Positions 1 to 15,094 are shown, counted from the first letter of the stretch. The stretch: DNA of 64,000 nucleotides from Eledone cirrhosa (GCA_964016885.1 OZ024740.1:37386001-37450000), one strand, 5' to 3'. Made by a program: numbers and translations. The notes: generated by a model from the letters alone, not told the origin.

Positions 1-729
1 TTTCTGTTCGTCTTCCTACAATCACACTACACTTGTGTACTCATACCTTACATTGAGTACATCATATAAAGTTCCTACCTACTCCTTTTCAACATATTGA
101 GCATAGCCACTTCCCTGGAGGGATCAGAGTTTTGTTCTATTTCCTACTTACTAAAATTTGGTCTTTGCTAGTTTTATTCTGAGCCTTTTTGATTCTAAGT
201 TCTGTTTCCACAACAGGAATTTCTTCCCTAACTTTCCTTTAGCTTCAGTAATAAGAACCAGATTATCAACATACAAAAGTTCTTATTAACAGCCAATCTT
301 AAACTTCTCTGTTATGGGTCTGGAGGATTGTATATTAGTGAATCAATAGAATTATAAAAGAAAACTTTAGTTATATAGAGGCAAATAGCTGAAAGAATCA
401 TTAGTATTAATTGCAAAAAATGTCTTATTCTTTCTAGTCAGAGTAATTTTCTTTATTTTAAATAACATTGTACCTTTTGACACAAAATGTAGTTACAAAT
501 TACAGGAATAACTTTTTAAAAACATATGCATTCTCTTGTAAATAGAAATTATTTTTTGAATTAGGATTTATAGTTACTGACGTGGGGTATAACAACTTTA
601 AGCATCTTCTAATGGGTTAAAATAATCAATAGTGACAACCAACTCAAGCAGAATTAAGTTAAGTTAAAGATTTATTATATATAATATGGCAAATGATATA
701 AATATATTGCCTGAGGTCTCAGGTAAGTA

Positions 730-1170
730 GAATGAATTTGGATTTTTTAGAAAGGTAAGGGAAGGAAAGAAAAGGTTAAGTGGAAAAATATGTAAGAAAT
801 TCAAATGAAAAGAAAATTATGTTTGAACAAATGTGCAAATAATAATGCGATTAGAATTCATTTTAATCATCTATTGGTAGATATATATAAGAAAACCATA
901 GGTGGATAGAAATTCCAAATCTGTGAGTAGAATGGTTGGGTAAAGATTTTAATGCAAGATCTGGAAATTGAGAGAGAATCGAAAATGTACAGGTGAGCTT
1001 GGCTTTCTTTTGGATGGGGGTCTAGGATGTTTGTGTATCAGCAGCAACAGACCAGATATGTGATCAGTACTTCAATGTAAGCCTTTCTTGAGCTTTGTAA
1101 AGGATCTACAGTTAAGTATTTTCTGACCATGAAGAGGAAGTCTAGTCTTTGGGATACAGTTTTGGCAATG
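730..1170 (-). mobile_element. Degraded L2/CR1-group LINE fragment (RT C-terminal region and 3' end)
   Basis: Minus strand near 990-1100 translates as YKAQERLTLKY*SHIWSVAA...LDPIQKKA. This resembles the LYKAQIRPxLEYCSHIW...LDxIQKKA motif of L2/CR1 ORF2. Stops are present and the boundaries are approximate. Confidence 0.6.
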
Positions 1171-2471
1171 TAATATATATATATATATAAGGTCACCATG
1201 AGAGGTCATCAGAAATTATGAAACCTAACACTTAATCAATTGAGGTAAGCTACATTTGCTTTGATGTCCAGTCTATAAGTTGTTATTACAGTTTTTCCAT
1301 GTGAACATGGCTTTGAAGATTCTGCAAAAATCAAACTGCAGAAGTTTACAAATTGCATTTACTTATGCGACAATTACAAGTTAACTAGGTTACTCATTTG
1401 AAGTTTTAGGAATTACTGATGCAGTTTTTTTTCAAGCTCAATTCTTTCCTTAATATTAAGTAGATTAAAACAAGAGTAAAGCAATAAATGAGGAGGTCAA
1501 CAACTTAATCCCACACTTATTCCACCTCTATATTCACTGTATCTCTGGTATTCAAATAACATTGTGAAAATTGAAAGCACTTTTATCCTTCCATAAAATC
1601 AGTACAGACACTTACAGATTTACCTACTTGCATAAATATCTATAAATTATGCCTTGCAGCAAGTCATTAATCCGCAGTGCACTTAAAATCACGTCCAAAA
1701 TATTTTCATACCTGGCAAGCAATTAGTTTCTGCTTTCCTTCCAATCAGTCAGGTAAAAAAGCTCAATTGATATATCACTCTTCTTCTTTTACCTCTACAA
1801 TGGAGATAATGATCATGTGTAAAAAGTCTTATATAATTGTATTTCTATTACTGAAATATGTATATATATTTACACATGTACATAAACAATAGAGGGGAAA
1901 GATCAGGTAACACTAATGTGTATAGAAATATATTTGCACGTATGTAAATAACTGTTTGTGTCATGATGTTGTATTTACATGTATGTATATTTCACGCACA
2001 AATATATATATATAAATATATATATATATGACTCTACATCGTGTATGATTTAGCTGTTAAACTGTATCATGTTCACCGTTTAACATTTATTTTCTATGCT
2101 TGCATAGGATATGATAGTAAAATATATTTTATTGTAAGATTATTGTTTACTATGACTGACTCATTAATAACTTTACCTAAAATATGCCTATGTTTGTCAC
2201 ACTCATACACTATGTATCAGTTAAAATGTACTCCTCGAAATATAGTAAATTTCAAATTCCTATCCAACTGTTGTTCGAAAAGTAGGTATAATTATGGTAT
2301 TTTGAGAACTCCATCATTATTCTGGAAATCCCATTTTAAGTGTATTTTTCATCTTGTTAGACAAATACATATATATTGTTTTGATTTCTCCATGAATGAT
2401 TCTGCCTCAAAACCAATTCTTTCCAAAAGAAAAATACCCGAGGAAACTTTACTGTATATTGTTTTGCAACA

Positions 2472-3044
2472 ATGGTATCAAATGATATTGATATACATGT
2501 TGTTGAAAAATTTGTTCGTGATTTAAGCTATGAAATATCCCAAAGGGAATATTACCGTCATGTCTTGCAGAGAAGGTATGAAAAAGAACACCTTCGGACA
2601 AAATTTTACCAAGATCTATTACTTCAAAAACAACTTAAAGAACATTTAAAAGGTACATACTATCAAGAGAATTACCAAAAGCAACATCATCATGAACAAA
2701 ATCTCCGGAAATATTATCAAGAACACCTGAGAAGAAGTAAGTTCCAGTTGCTGCTGCAAAAAAAATTGAATCAAAACGTTTTTGATTCCTGCTTCTACAA
2801 AGAATATTTACAAAGAGAACAGTTACAACTCCTACTTTTGAAGCAAGAACAAAACTTATCAAAACAACTTGAAAAGGAAAAGCAGGATACCTGTATAAGT
2901 TTCAAAAAATATAATTCTTGTGATGAACTTTTCTTGGTAAAAGAATATCAACATATCTTCCAAGAAAAATTATACCAGCATATATTGCAGACAAAGTTGT
3001 ATCAAAATATTTCTATAAAAAATTCATTTAATCAAAATGACTAA
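2472..3044 (+). CDS. Hypothetical 190-aa Q/K/L/Y/E-rich ORF with internal quasi-repeats; possibly a coding exon or pseudogene remnant
   Basis: 573-bp ATG-to-TAA ORF in very AT-rich, non-microsatellite DNA, with recurring (K/Q)EHL..K.(Y/F)Q.LLLQK.L motifs. No recognisable domain. Confidence 0.3.
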   Translation: MVSNDIDIHVVEKFVRDLSYEISQREYYRHVLQRRYEKEHLRTKFYQDLLLQKQLKEHLKGTYYQENYQKQHHHEQNLRKYYQEHLRRSKFQLLLQKKLNQNVFDSCFYKEYLQREQLQLLLLKQEQNLSKQLEKEKQDTCISFKKYNSCDELFLVKEYQHIFQEKLYQHILQTKLYQNISIKNSFNQND

Positions 3045-3542
3045 GGAGTTGTCAGAATTTCATCTCAAATTACACAATTTTTAATAATTAATATCCACCA
3101 GAATAATTATTTGGAATACATTATGGAACATTTTTTTGGACTGGAAACTAAGGACATAGTTGAAGTTAAATATTTTACAAGAACTTACTTCCTGGCGGGT
3201 AATTCTTAACACTGTTGTTATAGATTAGAGATAAACATTTCCTTTTGAATAACCTTTCTTGTCACACAATGTAAGAAATTCTTTGTATAAGGTAGCTACA
3301 ATTTCTCTTCTGACTAGCACAAATGGCCTTCATTGCTTTAATTATTGAACAATGGAATCGTTTATAATGCACAAAACCTACTTCACACACAATATAGTTA
3401 ACATTACATCAATGTATTTTATTTATTATTTTGTTATGAGATATTACATATTTAGATGTTGTACATGTGTACTAATATTTTAATATTAACATGGTACTCT
3501 ATTTCTATTGTGGGATATTATATATATATATATATATATATA

Positions 3543-3767
3543 CTAGCAGGCCCCGTGCAATAAAAAATGATGGCTAATTGTAATATCTATACATAATATA
3601 AAAAAGAGATGTTTGTTTGTTGGTAGTTTGTCATCACTCCCCTCCTTCCTCAGTTGATGTAATCACCCTTCCTCCCTCAGTCGACATAATCACCCCTTCC
3701 TTCCTCAGTCATGTCTAGTGTGTGACGGACAAATACACATTGGCTTTTATTATATTACTGATATAGA
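3543..3767 (-). mobile_element. Short Helitron-like non-autonomous element
   Basis: Starts a|ctagcag next to (TA)n (the CTAG 3' end on the minus strand). Ends in gacggaca...cttttattata, like the other Helitron 5' ends in this window. It has small internal tandem repeats. Confidence 0.45.
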
Positions 3768-4008
3768 TGTTGTACATAAGGTTTATATAACATGCAAGGT
3801 CTAATAATGTGTACAATTCTAAACAAACTCATATCTAGCTGTATTGATTTCTTGAACACACACATACGTGCATGCACACTTACATTCACACACACACACA
3901 AAAGTAAAATCTGTAATTATTGTTAATCTTGTTATATACACAAATGTGTGTGTGATATTAATATTAATAGATATGAGAATGTGTACTCAATGCTGAAGTG
4001 GAGGTTAA

Positions 4009-4155
4009 ATATTTATTATGGTGAAGTAATGAGTCCTGTTACTCTAGAATTTCACCTGAGTGCTCACAAGATCATCAGATGCCTGATGATCTTGTGAGCA
4101 TGCAGGTTATACTCCAGAGTAATAAGGTCATCACTTAGCCATAGTAAAGAATATA
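4009..4155 (-). mobile_element. Fold-back element with a hammerhead-like core (Penelope-like pLTR remnant)
   Basis: About 70-bp imperfect inverted arms with a perfect 18-bp inner stem (tgctcacaagatcatcag/ctgatgatcttgtgagca). The minus strand at 4040-4078 reads CTGATGA-tcttgtgagcactcaggt-GAAA-ttctagag-TA. Confidence 0.6.
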
Positions 4156-4540
4156 TACATAACTACATACATGGAGAAAGCCTTTCCCCGGTGGATGGCA
4201 AGGGAGACACGCTGGAAAAGCCATTCCAACTCGCGGGGCTCACACCTGCGGCTGGCCAGCTCAGCGCCTATGGTGGTGAGTAGGGAGGTAGCCCTAGATG
4301 TATGTGTGTATGTATGTATGTATGTAATCTATAAGTAGCTTTATAGGCTGTATGTAATAATATAAATAGATATTTCATTCATTTATCAGAAATGTAAAAT
4401 AGACAGGGCTCTCCTAACAACACACATCAGTAGAACAAACCCAGTTAACAACAACAGGATACTTTACCACTATTAATATGGTTCCTTTTTGTTTATCTTT
4501 ATCAGATATAGTCTCTTGTTTTACCTTCTTCCCCATTCAT

Positions 4541-5007
<467 letters not shown>

Positions 5008-5144
5008 TACACAGCTCAGAAAAACTTTCTTTGAGCTATTTAATTGTAAGAGACTATTTTGAGTTTCTAACTCAATATATACCTCTGATATATATATATA
5101 TATTTAAGGAAATTGTAGTTTACTTGAAGCATTGCGTAGTGAGG

Positions 5145-5462
5145 TATAAATGTTTGGAGTTAGAAGGCCAGAACAATGCAGATATGGATATAGAATATAA
5201 ATACAAATGCAAAAGATAGCACTGACAATTAGTCTTTTACCTTAAATTTATTTGAATATCCTTATATTTCGAGATAATATCTCTTCTTCGGAGGGAAGTA
5301 AAGGGGTTAATCCACTGTTCTAATTAGCTTGCCAAGTCAGTGACTTGGCAAGCTAATTAGAACACTGGATTAACCCCTTTACAGCGATAGCTTTTGCATT
5401 TGTATTTATATTCTATATCCATACCTGCATTGTTCTGGCCTTCTAACTCCAAACGTTTATAT
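5145..5462 (-). mobile_element. Nested fold-back element with a degenerate hammerhead core, flanked by (TA)n
   Basis: Outer arms 5145-5223 and 5382-5462; inner 42-bp hairpin at 5298-5382 with a 1-nt loop. The unpaired part on the minus strand reads cctcCGAAGAagagatattatctcGAAAtataagg...AATAAA. Confidence 0.65.
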
Positions 5463-5547
5463 ATATATGAACATTGATTGCCAGCTAAATTAACTATAGG
5501 CATATAAAACCAACCCAAACTAAACACTGAGTCTGTTTTATTATATA

Positions 5548-6593
5548 CTAGCAGTAAAGCCCGGCGTTGCTCGGGGTCGCTCAGTAGCTGTGTTAAAGTT
5601 ACAATGTTAAGTTTCTTTTTTGGCTTAAAAACTGTAGTGTCTACTGTGCAGACTTGCATGTGGTGTTTTTGATTAATATTCCCTCAACCAACAATATGCC
5701 TTATGAAGTTAAGAAAACATAACGATAACCCGAATGCTATAACAAAAGAGGATGCTGGGGATAAAAACTGCACTGGTTATTTATTAACAAAGATCGAAAA
5801 TGTAAACACTGCAACGCAGAGAAAAACATTAGCGTAACCAAATTATCAGTTATGTCTGTCTGCACGCCTATATCACCTCTCTGCACGACTGTCTGTCTGC
5901 ATGCCTATATCACCTCTCTGCACGACTGTCTGTCTGCACGCCTATATCAACTCTCTGCACGACTGTCTGTCTGCACGCCTATATCAACTCTCTGCACGAC
6001 TGTCTGTCTGCACGCCTATATCACCTCTCTGCACGACTGTCTGTCTGCACGCCTATATCACCTCTCTGCACGACTGTCTGTCTGCACGCCTATATCACCT
6101 CTCTGCACGACTGTCTGTCTGCACGCGTATATCACCTCTCTGCACGACTGTCTGTCTGCACGCCTAACGACGAAATATTTGCTTGTTTTACGTAGTCTTT
6201 AAATAGACTTGTTTTCAAGTAAAAATATTGTTTTAAAATGCTTTTAAATGGAAATGAAGCAAAACGGAAGCTTAGTGTTCGAACTGATGAATTTTGCAGG
6301 TCAATATTTTGCTGGCTCGACAACTGTTAAAGCCAGCGTAATTTTTTACGTAAGACGCTCAATGTAAACAGAACAAAGGGAAATAACTGATAACTTACGC
6401 TCAAAAATCGATACATTATATTCGATTTCGTCACATAGGGTGGGTCAATTTGAAATTTTTTTTTTCCGATGTCTTTGCTAGGGCTCAATGTACAAGTATA
6501 GCAATTTCGGTGCAATTCCGTGAGAGATTCTAAGAGGAGATGTGTGCCAAAAATCGATAGACAGACAGACAACCACAGTTTTATATATATAGA
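5548..6593 (-). mobile_element. Non-autonomous Helitron carrying an internal 37-bp tandem repeat
   Basis: Minus strand has a 5' TCTATATATATAAAAC end and a 3' GC hairpin (cccgagcaacgccggg) about 8 nt before the terminal CTAG. It is inserted between A and T with no TSD. Confidence 0.85.
5853..6165. repeat. 37-bp minisatellite, about 8.5 copies, inside the Helitron
   Basis: Unit tgtctgtctgcacgcctatatcacctctctgcacgac. Confidence 0.95.
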
Positions 6594-6962
6594 TTTCTGG
6601 CAATATTATAACAACATGACGCCTCCCTATATAACAATATTTGTTTTAACTCACGATTTCCTATCAAAAACCTTGTAAAACAAATTCATAGCCATATATG
6701 ATTCAATATGCAACTTTATATATACATGTATATATATATATAATAAACAAGATGCAGGCCCTACTTGAGTACAGAAATAATCAGTGACAACCTGTCCAAG
6801 CCTTCCTTGCAGGGAAAACAGACATTAAATGATGACATATAACAAGTACACACACGCACACACATGCACACTAGGATTGGTGCTCTGAAATAGTGATGTA
6901 TACATGATTGTATGTATCGTATATTTGGCTTCTATAATTTTTAGCGGAGGCAGGAGGTGCAT

Positions 6963-7004
6963 GGCTCTGATGAACACCAAACAGTGTGAAACAGACTGTT
7001 AGCT
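6963..7004 (+). ncRNA. Minimal type-I hammerhead ribozyme motif
   Basis: ggct-CTGATGA-acac(caaaca)gtgt-GAAA-cag(a)ctg-TT-agct. Stems I, II and III all pair; the cleavage triplet is GUU. Confidence 0.65.
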
Positions 7005-7119
7005 TCTTTCCCTTCTTTTGCCAAAAACAAGTGACATAGTCACTACTTTAAAACCGATAATGTATGGTCTTCTAAATGTTTTTAATTAAACATACGGTAT
7101 ATTGCCAAATATACTATAC

Positions 7120-8055
7120 ATATATATATATAAAACTGAGGATGTCTGTCTGTGTGTGTTTGAGTTCGAATCCCTAAAACTCGAGAACCACCCAACCGAC
7201 TGTTTTCAAACTTTACACATGTAATACTTATATTTCAGGGAGTGTTCTGAGCAAAAATAATAACAAATTTTCTATGCCCCAGGGACCACATTAGGCGATT
7301 TAGCGATCTCGCTCTATAATTTTTAGTCTTTCTCTTTTTCGATAGATACATACTTATAACGTTGTGCCCTTATAATATCTGTCTGTATGTCTGACTGTCT
7401 GCATTACGTCACTTCTGTGTGTGTGTGTGTGTGTGTGTGTGAGTTTGAATCCCTAAAACTCGAGAAGCACCCAACCGATTTTTTTCAAACTTTACATGTG
7501 TATTACTTATGTTTCAGGGAGTGTTATGCACATAAATGTTTGAGGGAGTGTTATGCACATTAAAAAATTCAACTTTTTTTATCTCCTAGGTGAAAAACTG
7601 CATTGTTTAACATTTTTAGGGGTTTTTTGAGGCGTTACGTCAGACCGATTTCCTTGAAACTGTAACTCCGTATTAGTCAGTCTCTTCTTCATACTGAAAG
7701 CAAAGAAAATCCAACTTGCTTATGGCCTAGGGCCCGCATTAGGTGAAAAACTTCATTTTTTCAGCTTCTTAGGGCTTTTTGGAGGTGTTACGTCTAGTCG
7801 ATTTTCCAGAAATTTCAAGGCATATTATGCACATAAAAAAAATTCATTTTCTTGATCCCTTAGGGCCCGCATTAGGTGAAAACCTGCATTTTTCCTGCTT
7901 CATCGAGGAAAATCTTAAAGATTATCCAGCCATCAGAGTATTCAGTTTATTTTCTTTACATATTGTCCAGGCATGCAGTTTTTTCACGATTAGGTGTGTT
8001 GGCGGCCCGCGTTCCAAAATACCTTATCCCGTGCAACGCTGGGTACCACTGCTAG
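7120..8055 (+). mobile_element. Non-autonomous Helitron (family also at 61737-62710)
   Basis: 5' tatatataaaactgaggatgtctgtctgt and 3' hairpin cccgtgcaacgctggg followed by CTAG|T. Internal diverged subrepeats are present. Confidence 0.85.
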
Positions 8056-8574
8056 TACATTCATATATATATATATTTATTAAAATAACAGATAAATATT
8101 TGATATATATTTATCCTTATCGAGTCGTCTTTGGATTTTAGTCTTCGCATTTTTTATTATTACTATATATATATATAACAAATACACATCATCATCTTCA
8201 CTGTTTAATGTCGATTTTTCCAAACTAGCATGGGTTAGACGAGTTGTCCCATTGTGAGACAAGCCAGGTTAGATTATAGTGTCTTGTTCATGCAGAAATT
8301 GTGTGTGTTGTGTTTATTGGTTGAGGTACCAAATGCTTTCTTTATATTTGGCTCAAATATATCTGGTTACACTGAGACATCTGGTGGTATAAATAGATAT
8401 TGTTCAGGAAAATTCAAAGTTTTAATCTTTAGCAAAGCAACAGTGCTACATATACTCCACCCACTCACACACACATTATATGTATGTGTATGTAATTGGG
8501 TGTGGGTGTATATGTATGTATATATATATATGTATATATATGTATATATATATATACACATACACACATATATA

Positions 8575-8880
8575 GAGTGAAGGTGTGTGACTTTGCGGTT
8601 AGTGTGTTCTACTCACAATCGTATGGTCATGAGTTCAATTCCTTAACCGAGCTGCACATTGTGTCCTTGAGCAAGACACTTTATTTCACATTGCTCCAGT
8701 CCACTCAGCTGGCAAAAGTGAGATGTACTTGTAATTCATGAGGCCAGCTGTGTCACATAATGTATCATACTGAATCTTACCTTAAGGGTGGAATGCTCAG
8801 TGATTTACATGTTAATTTCACAAGCAGGCAGTTCTGCTGATTGAATTAACTGGAGCACTTGTAGTTGGAAATGACGTTGG
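8575..8880 (+). mobile_element. tRNA-derived SINE with CORE-like central domain (degenerate)
   Basis: B-box-like gagttcaattcc followed by gtgtccttgagcaagacact...gctccagtccactcagctg. Confidence 0.75.
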
Positions 8881-8998
8881 AATGTATATGGAAGAGTTAG
8901 AATTATGATAGATTTTGTCTCTTCACTATACCCCCTCTGAATTTCATCATGCATTGAGTACTAATTTGATTTGTTGTCTTCCTTGTCTCACAACACAT

Positions 8999-9870
<872 letters not shown>

Positions 9871-10545
9871 GTGCAGGGCAATAAAGATAGACGGTAGCCA
9901 CGGAGTAGGCAGACCCAGAAAAACATGGGACGAGCTGATAAATTCCGACCTCACACGCTTACACCTCTCCAAGACAATGTCACTGGACCGAGACCTTTGG
10001 CGGTACTCAGTAATAGAGAAGACCCGCCTTACCTAAATACAAAGTAAAAACCTACTACAGTCAGTAGGCACCTCTATCAAAACACACCCCCGTCCCACCA
10101 CCTCCACCCCACCCACACCGCCCCTTTCAATGTAAAGTTATGTTGGTCTCACAACATCCAGGCCGAAACAAATGAGATCGTGTAGGTGTCACGACAAAAA
10201 ACACACAGTCCACGCTGTAAATGTGGCCGTGTAGGCAACACGGTAAAAACCTCCCAGCCCCACACTGTAAATGTGGTTGGTGTTAGGAAGGGCATCCAGC
10301 TGTAGAAAACCCGCCAGACAGTCCACGCTGTAATGTGGCCGTGTAGGCAACACGGTAAAAACCTCCCAGCCCCACACTGTAAATGTGGTTGGTGTTAGGA
10401 AGGGCATCCAACTGTAGAAAACCCGCCAGACAGTCCTATGCGAGCAAGACAACCACTCTTGCCTCAAGTGGGAAAACCCCCGTCCAAACCCATGCAAGCG
10501 TGGAACACGGACGCTAAACCTGATGATGATGATGATGATGATGAT
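9871..10545 (+). mobile_element. RTE LINE 3' end (ORF C-terminus plus long 3'UTR and (GAT)n tail) with an internal ~113-bp duplication
   Basis: Encodes [15 protein letters not shown] and ends ccatgcaagcgtggaacacggacgctaaacc(tga)n. Homologous to 27603-28200 and 51497-52060. Confidence 0.85.
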
Positions 10546-11305
<760 letters not shown>

Positions 11306-11998
11306 TGTTCTATTTTGGCATAGTTTCTATGGCTGGGTGCCTTTCCTAATGTCAGTTACTTGAGTGTGCACTGACAGCATTTTATCGTGATTAGCACTAC
11401 CACTTTACAATGCTAGGGTGCTCGGTGTGTCCTTGGTCACAATGGGGAGGTATTAATGGGAGTGGGTGGTGTAAATATGAGAGGAGTGCGGTGGGTTATG
11501 GGACCCTGTAAAGCGCTCACAATGGTGAATACTCAGTTCAAAATACTCAGTTCACTTTGTAAGGTGGTTGTATTGGTGCTATGATAAAAAGCACCCAATC
11601 CACCCCATAGTGTGGTAGTACTGGTGCCACAAGAAAAGCTCCCAATACACTGCTGTAATATAGTTGAAAGGGCGTCCAGCCATAGAAATCCAAGCCAAAA
11701 ACAAATTTGTATGAGCAAGATGTATTTACCTGACCCTTACTAACCTTGAAACATGACAACCTATCTAACATGTGGAAAATAGACATTAAATTTTGAAGTT
11801 GTATTCTAGGTAACCTGAAAACATGACAAGCCATTTAATCCATGCAAACATGGAAAATAGACATTAAACAGGGATGGTGAGGTTGTATTCATGACTCTAA
11901 TAATTTATTCATTGAGCTGTATTTGAATATTGCTCCACTTGTTCTATGTGCTTAGCCTACCATTAGTATATGTGTGTGTATTTATATATATATATATA

Positions 11999-13275
11999 CT
12001 AGCATTAAAGCCCGGCGTTGCTCGGGGTCATTAAGTTACCAAAGTTAGGTTGCACCACCCATTTTATAGCAGCACTTTTTTGTCTGCCAGGCATTGGATG
12101 AATGAATTGCAGACCTGGAAGCAGGAGCTGCGCCAGCAGTGACAATTGTAGTTTCGCCTATGGATATTATCTCTGTGCAAAAAAGTGTTGAAATTTATTG
12201 TTTCACAGTACTTGCGCAACACGCGCGTAGACGATGCCAGCCAAACAACAGAGCTGCGATGGAGTTGTTCTGCATGGTTGTCTGTGTGTTTTCTAAATTT
12301 AAGACAGTAGGGAGGGTTGTGATATGAGGGAGAGTTAGCTGTTGTTTCTAGCAGGTTTAGTGACCTCATAGAGGATATGTGTTTTCTAAATTTAAGACAG
12401 TAGGGAGTGGTGTGATATGGAGGAGAGTTAGCTGCTGTTTCTAGCAGGTTTAGTGACCTCGTAGAAGATATGTTTTCTAAATTTAAGACAGTAAGGATGG
12501 GTGTGATATGGGGGAGAGTTAGCTGCTGTTTCTAGCAGGTTTAGTAACCTCATAGAGGATATGTGTTTTCTAAATTTAAGACAGTAGGGAGTGGTGTGAT
12601 ATGGGGGAGAGTTAGCTGCTGTTTCTAGCAGGTTTAGTGACCTCATAGAAGATATGTTTTCTAAATTGAAGACAGTAGGGAGGGGTGTGATATGGGGGAG
12701 AGTTAGCTGCTGTTTCTAGCAGGTTTAGTGACCTCATAGAGGATATTATTGTTTATCATTATCTATAAAAGGCAGATTGTTGTTGTTGTTGAAGTGAGTG
12801 TGTGTTTGTATGCGTTTGGAAAAGAGGTTTTAAAAAAGATTTATCGCTTGTTGTTGAATAAATGTATCTGTTGCTTTTGAATAATTGTCGTTTTGTATGA
12901 AATGTAATAATTTGAAGTATAAAAGAGAAAGTAGCAAAATGTGTGGGTTGTAGATAGAGGTAAGCAGATGATATGAGAGAGTAAAATGGACAGTATCACC
13001 ATCAAGCTTGGAAAGAGAAAGTAGCAGAAAGTATGAAGTTGTATAGATTTTGAATGGTAGTGGAAAGAGTTTAGCAGTTTAAATGACAGAGAAAAATCGT
13101 AAAATATTGAGTTTTATCTATTTTTTGCGTAATTGTGGGTGAAATTGAAAAAATGAGATGTGCCAGGACGCAATCGAAACTATTTCGAATACTGAATTGT
13201 AAATTTCAATTGAAGAAATTCTATATCGTAGATTTCTATAAGAAAAGAGCATGACCACACACTGAGCTTTATAGA
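11999..13275 (-). mobile_element. Non-autonomous Helitron carrying an internal ~92-bp tandem repeat
   Basis: Same 3' end as the 5548 element (a|ctagca-taaagcccggcgttgctcgggg). The other end is gagctttataga|t. The interior differs. Confidence 0.8.
12284..12745. repeat. About 92-bp tandem repeat, 5 copies
   Basis: Unit tgttttctaaatttaagacagtagggag...gtttctagcaggtttagtgacctcatagaggata. Confidence 0.95.
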
Positions 13276-14519
13276 TTATGATATATGAAATCTTACACTG
13301 AAGATGATTGACTTGTGTTATGTTGAGTGCTTTTCCAACTATTGCATCATGGTTAACTATATGGAATGAACCATTTTATCTAGTGGTGAACCACCAACTT
13401 CAGTGTGTGTGTATATATATATATATATATACACACTGTAAATGTGGTTGGTGTTAGGAAGGACATCCAGCCGTAGAAAACCTGCCAGATAGTCTTATAT
13501 GAGCGAGACACTGTCACCCGACCAACCTTGCCTCAAGTGGGACAACTCCCGTCTAACCCATGCTAGCGTGGATGGACGTTAAACGAAGACAATTCATACC
13601 TCATTTTTTCCATGCTTGCATAACTCTTCATGACTCTTCCATGCTTACATGATTCTTCTCAACATATTTGCTTTTGTTATTCATGTACTCTAACATTACA
13701 CATGTGCACATCTAACAGAGCATACTTGTTTCATTCCTTTCTAGCTTTCACATAACCTTCACCTTCAGTATCATGGAGCATTGACATGGAGAACAATTGG
13801 CAGTTTCTGTTTCAGAGCTGCAGTTGAAACCAAAATTAGTGGTGGTAGAGACAGCTATACAGTTGAGCCAATGACTGACAGCTTCTCTAGTGCTAGTGTT
13901 ACCAAAAATATACCCAGTACATCCTGTAAGTGTTTGGAAGGGTATCCCACTGTAGAAATCATGCCAAAAAGGGTTACGGGGACTCTTTAGATGGGCCAAA
14001 GACATGAAAACATCCCCGGTGTTGGTGATCTATAAGATAAATTCACCCAGTACACTCTGTAAGATGGTTGGTGAGAGGAAAGATATCTATTAAATATTGC
14101 AGTCCTAGATATACTTACTTGAATGAAAGATAAGAAGGTCACAGCTGGAGCATCAAGTACCATAGCTTTGTTGGTTCAAAGTTAATCTGGACCTAAATAA
14201 CAAGAGAAATCACATTAGATAATATAGTTGTAGGTATATTATATGTGATTAAAAGGCAGGATGGTTTGTTGGTTGAAGGCTGACTTTAGGTTAAACACTA
14301 TCAACGAAAAAGGATACTAGAGATAAGTGATAAATGTGTATATATTTAATATTAAGTGTATATATATATTTATTAAAATTTACAGTTAAAAATATTTAAG
14401 TGGAAGGAAAAAGAAAAAAAGAGAATTAAGCAACAAAAGAAAATGACATGGGGTGGGGGCAGACTCTACATCCCAGTCTTAGTGGTGATTCAGCTGTGCT
14501 CCACAGACAGAATAGCGAA

Positions 14520-14845
14520 GGCATTGCCACAGAGAATGGCCAGCAACACCCACTGCAATAACTACCCTATCTCATGAGGCTCCTTCCTCATGTGGGCTGC
14601 TGTCTTTCTGATTTTGTAGAGGAAATTGGCCAAGTGCTGGGGTCAAGGACACCAGAGGTCTTAACAGTGGCTAGTATGTAATGGAAGTAGTTAGTCAAGC
14701 TTTAGTATTTAGTTATCTTCCTTTTCTCTGCATTACAGTCGGTGGTTTCTTGGTTTGCTGCTGAAGCAAGAAGATTGGTGGCAGAGAACAAGTCTCAATA
14801 TGCCACGTACCAAATTAGGGATTTACCTCCCTCAAATGTCAAAGA
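14520..14845 (-). mobile_element. Degraded fragment of a restriction-like-endonuclease (CRE-like) non-LTR retrotransposon C-terminus
   Basis: Minus translation FEGGKSLIWYVAY*DLFS...AEKRKITKY...YFHYILATVKTSGVL resembles the GKxLxWDxT...AExxKxxKY...FxPxAxETxG RLE motif. Confidence 0.6.
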
Positions 14846-14955
14846 TAGTCTTGAATAATGCATACATGTGTGAGGGTGGCGAATTTACTGAATTATATGT
14901 TTGAAATTAACATTTTATAAAATGGTTTTGGAAATCATTTATTTAAACCTACACC

Positions 14956-14995
<40 letters not shown>

Positions 14996-15094
14996 AACAT
15001 TTAACTAATCACTGAATCATGATGAGTCAGTCAGACAGACAGTGAATCACTACTTCCTTATGGACAACTGACGCTGCACACCAGGTCCCAACAC

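Noticed and set aside
2041-2526. 161-aa ORF upstream of the Q-rich ORF
   Set aside because: GTG start, composition typical of random AT-rich translation, and no motifs.
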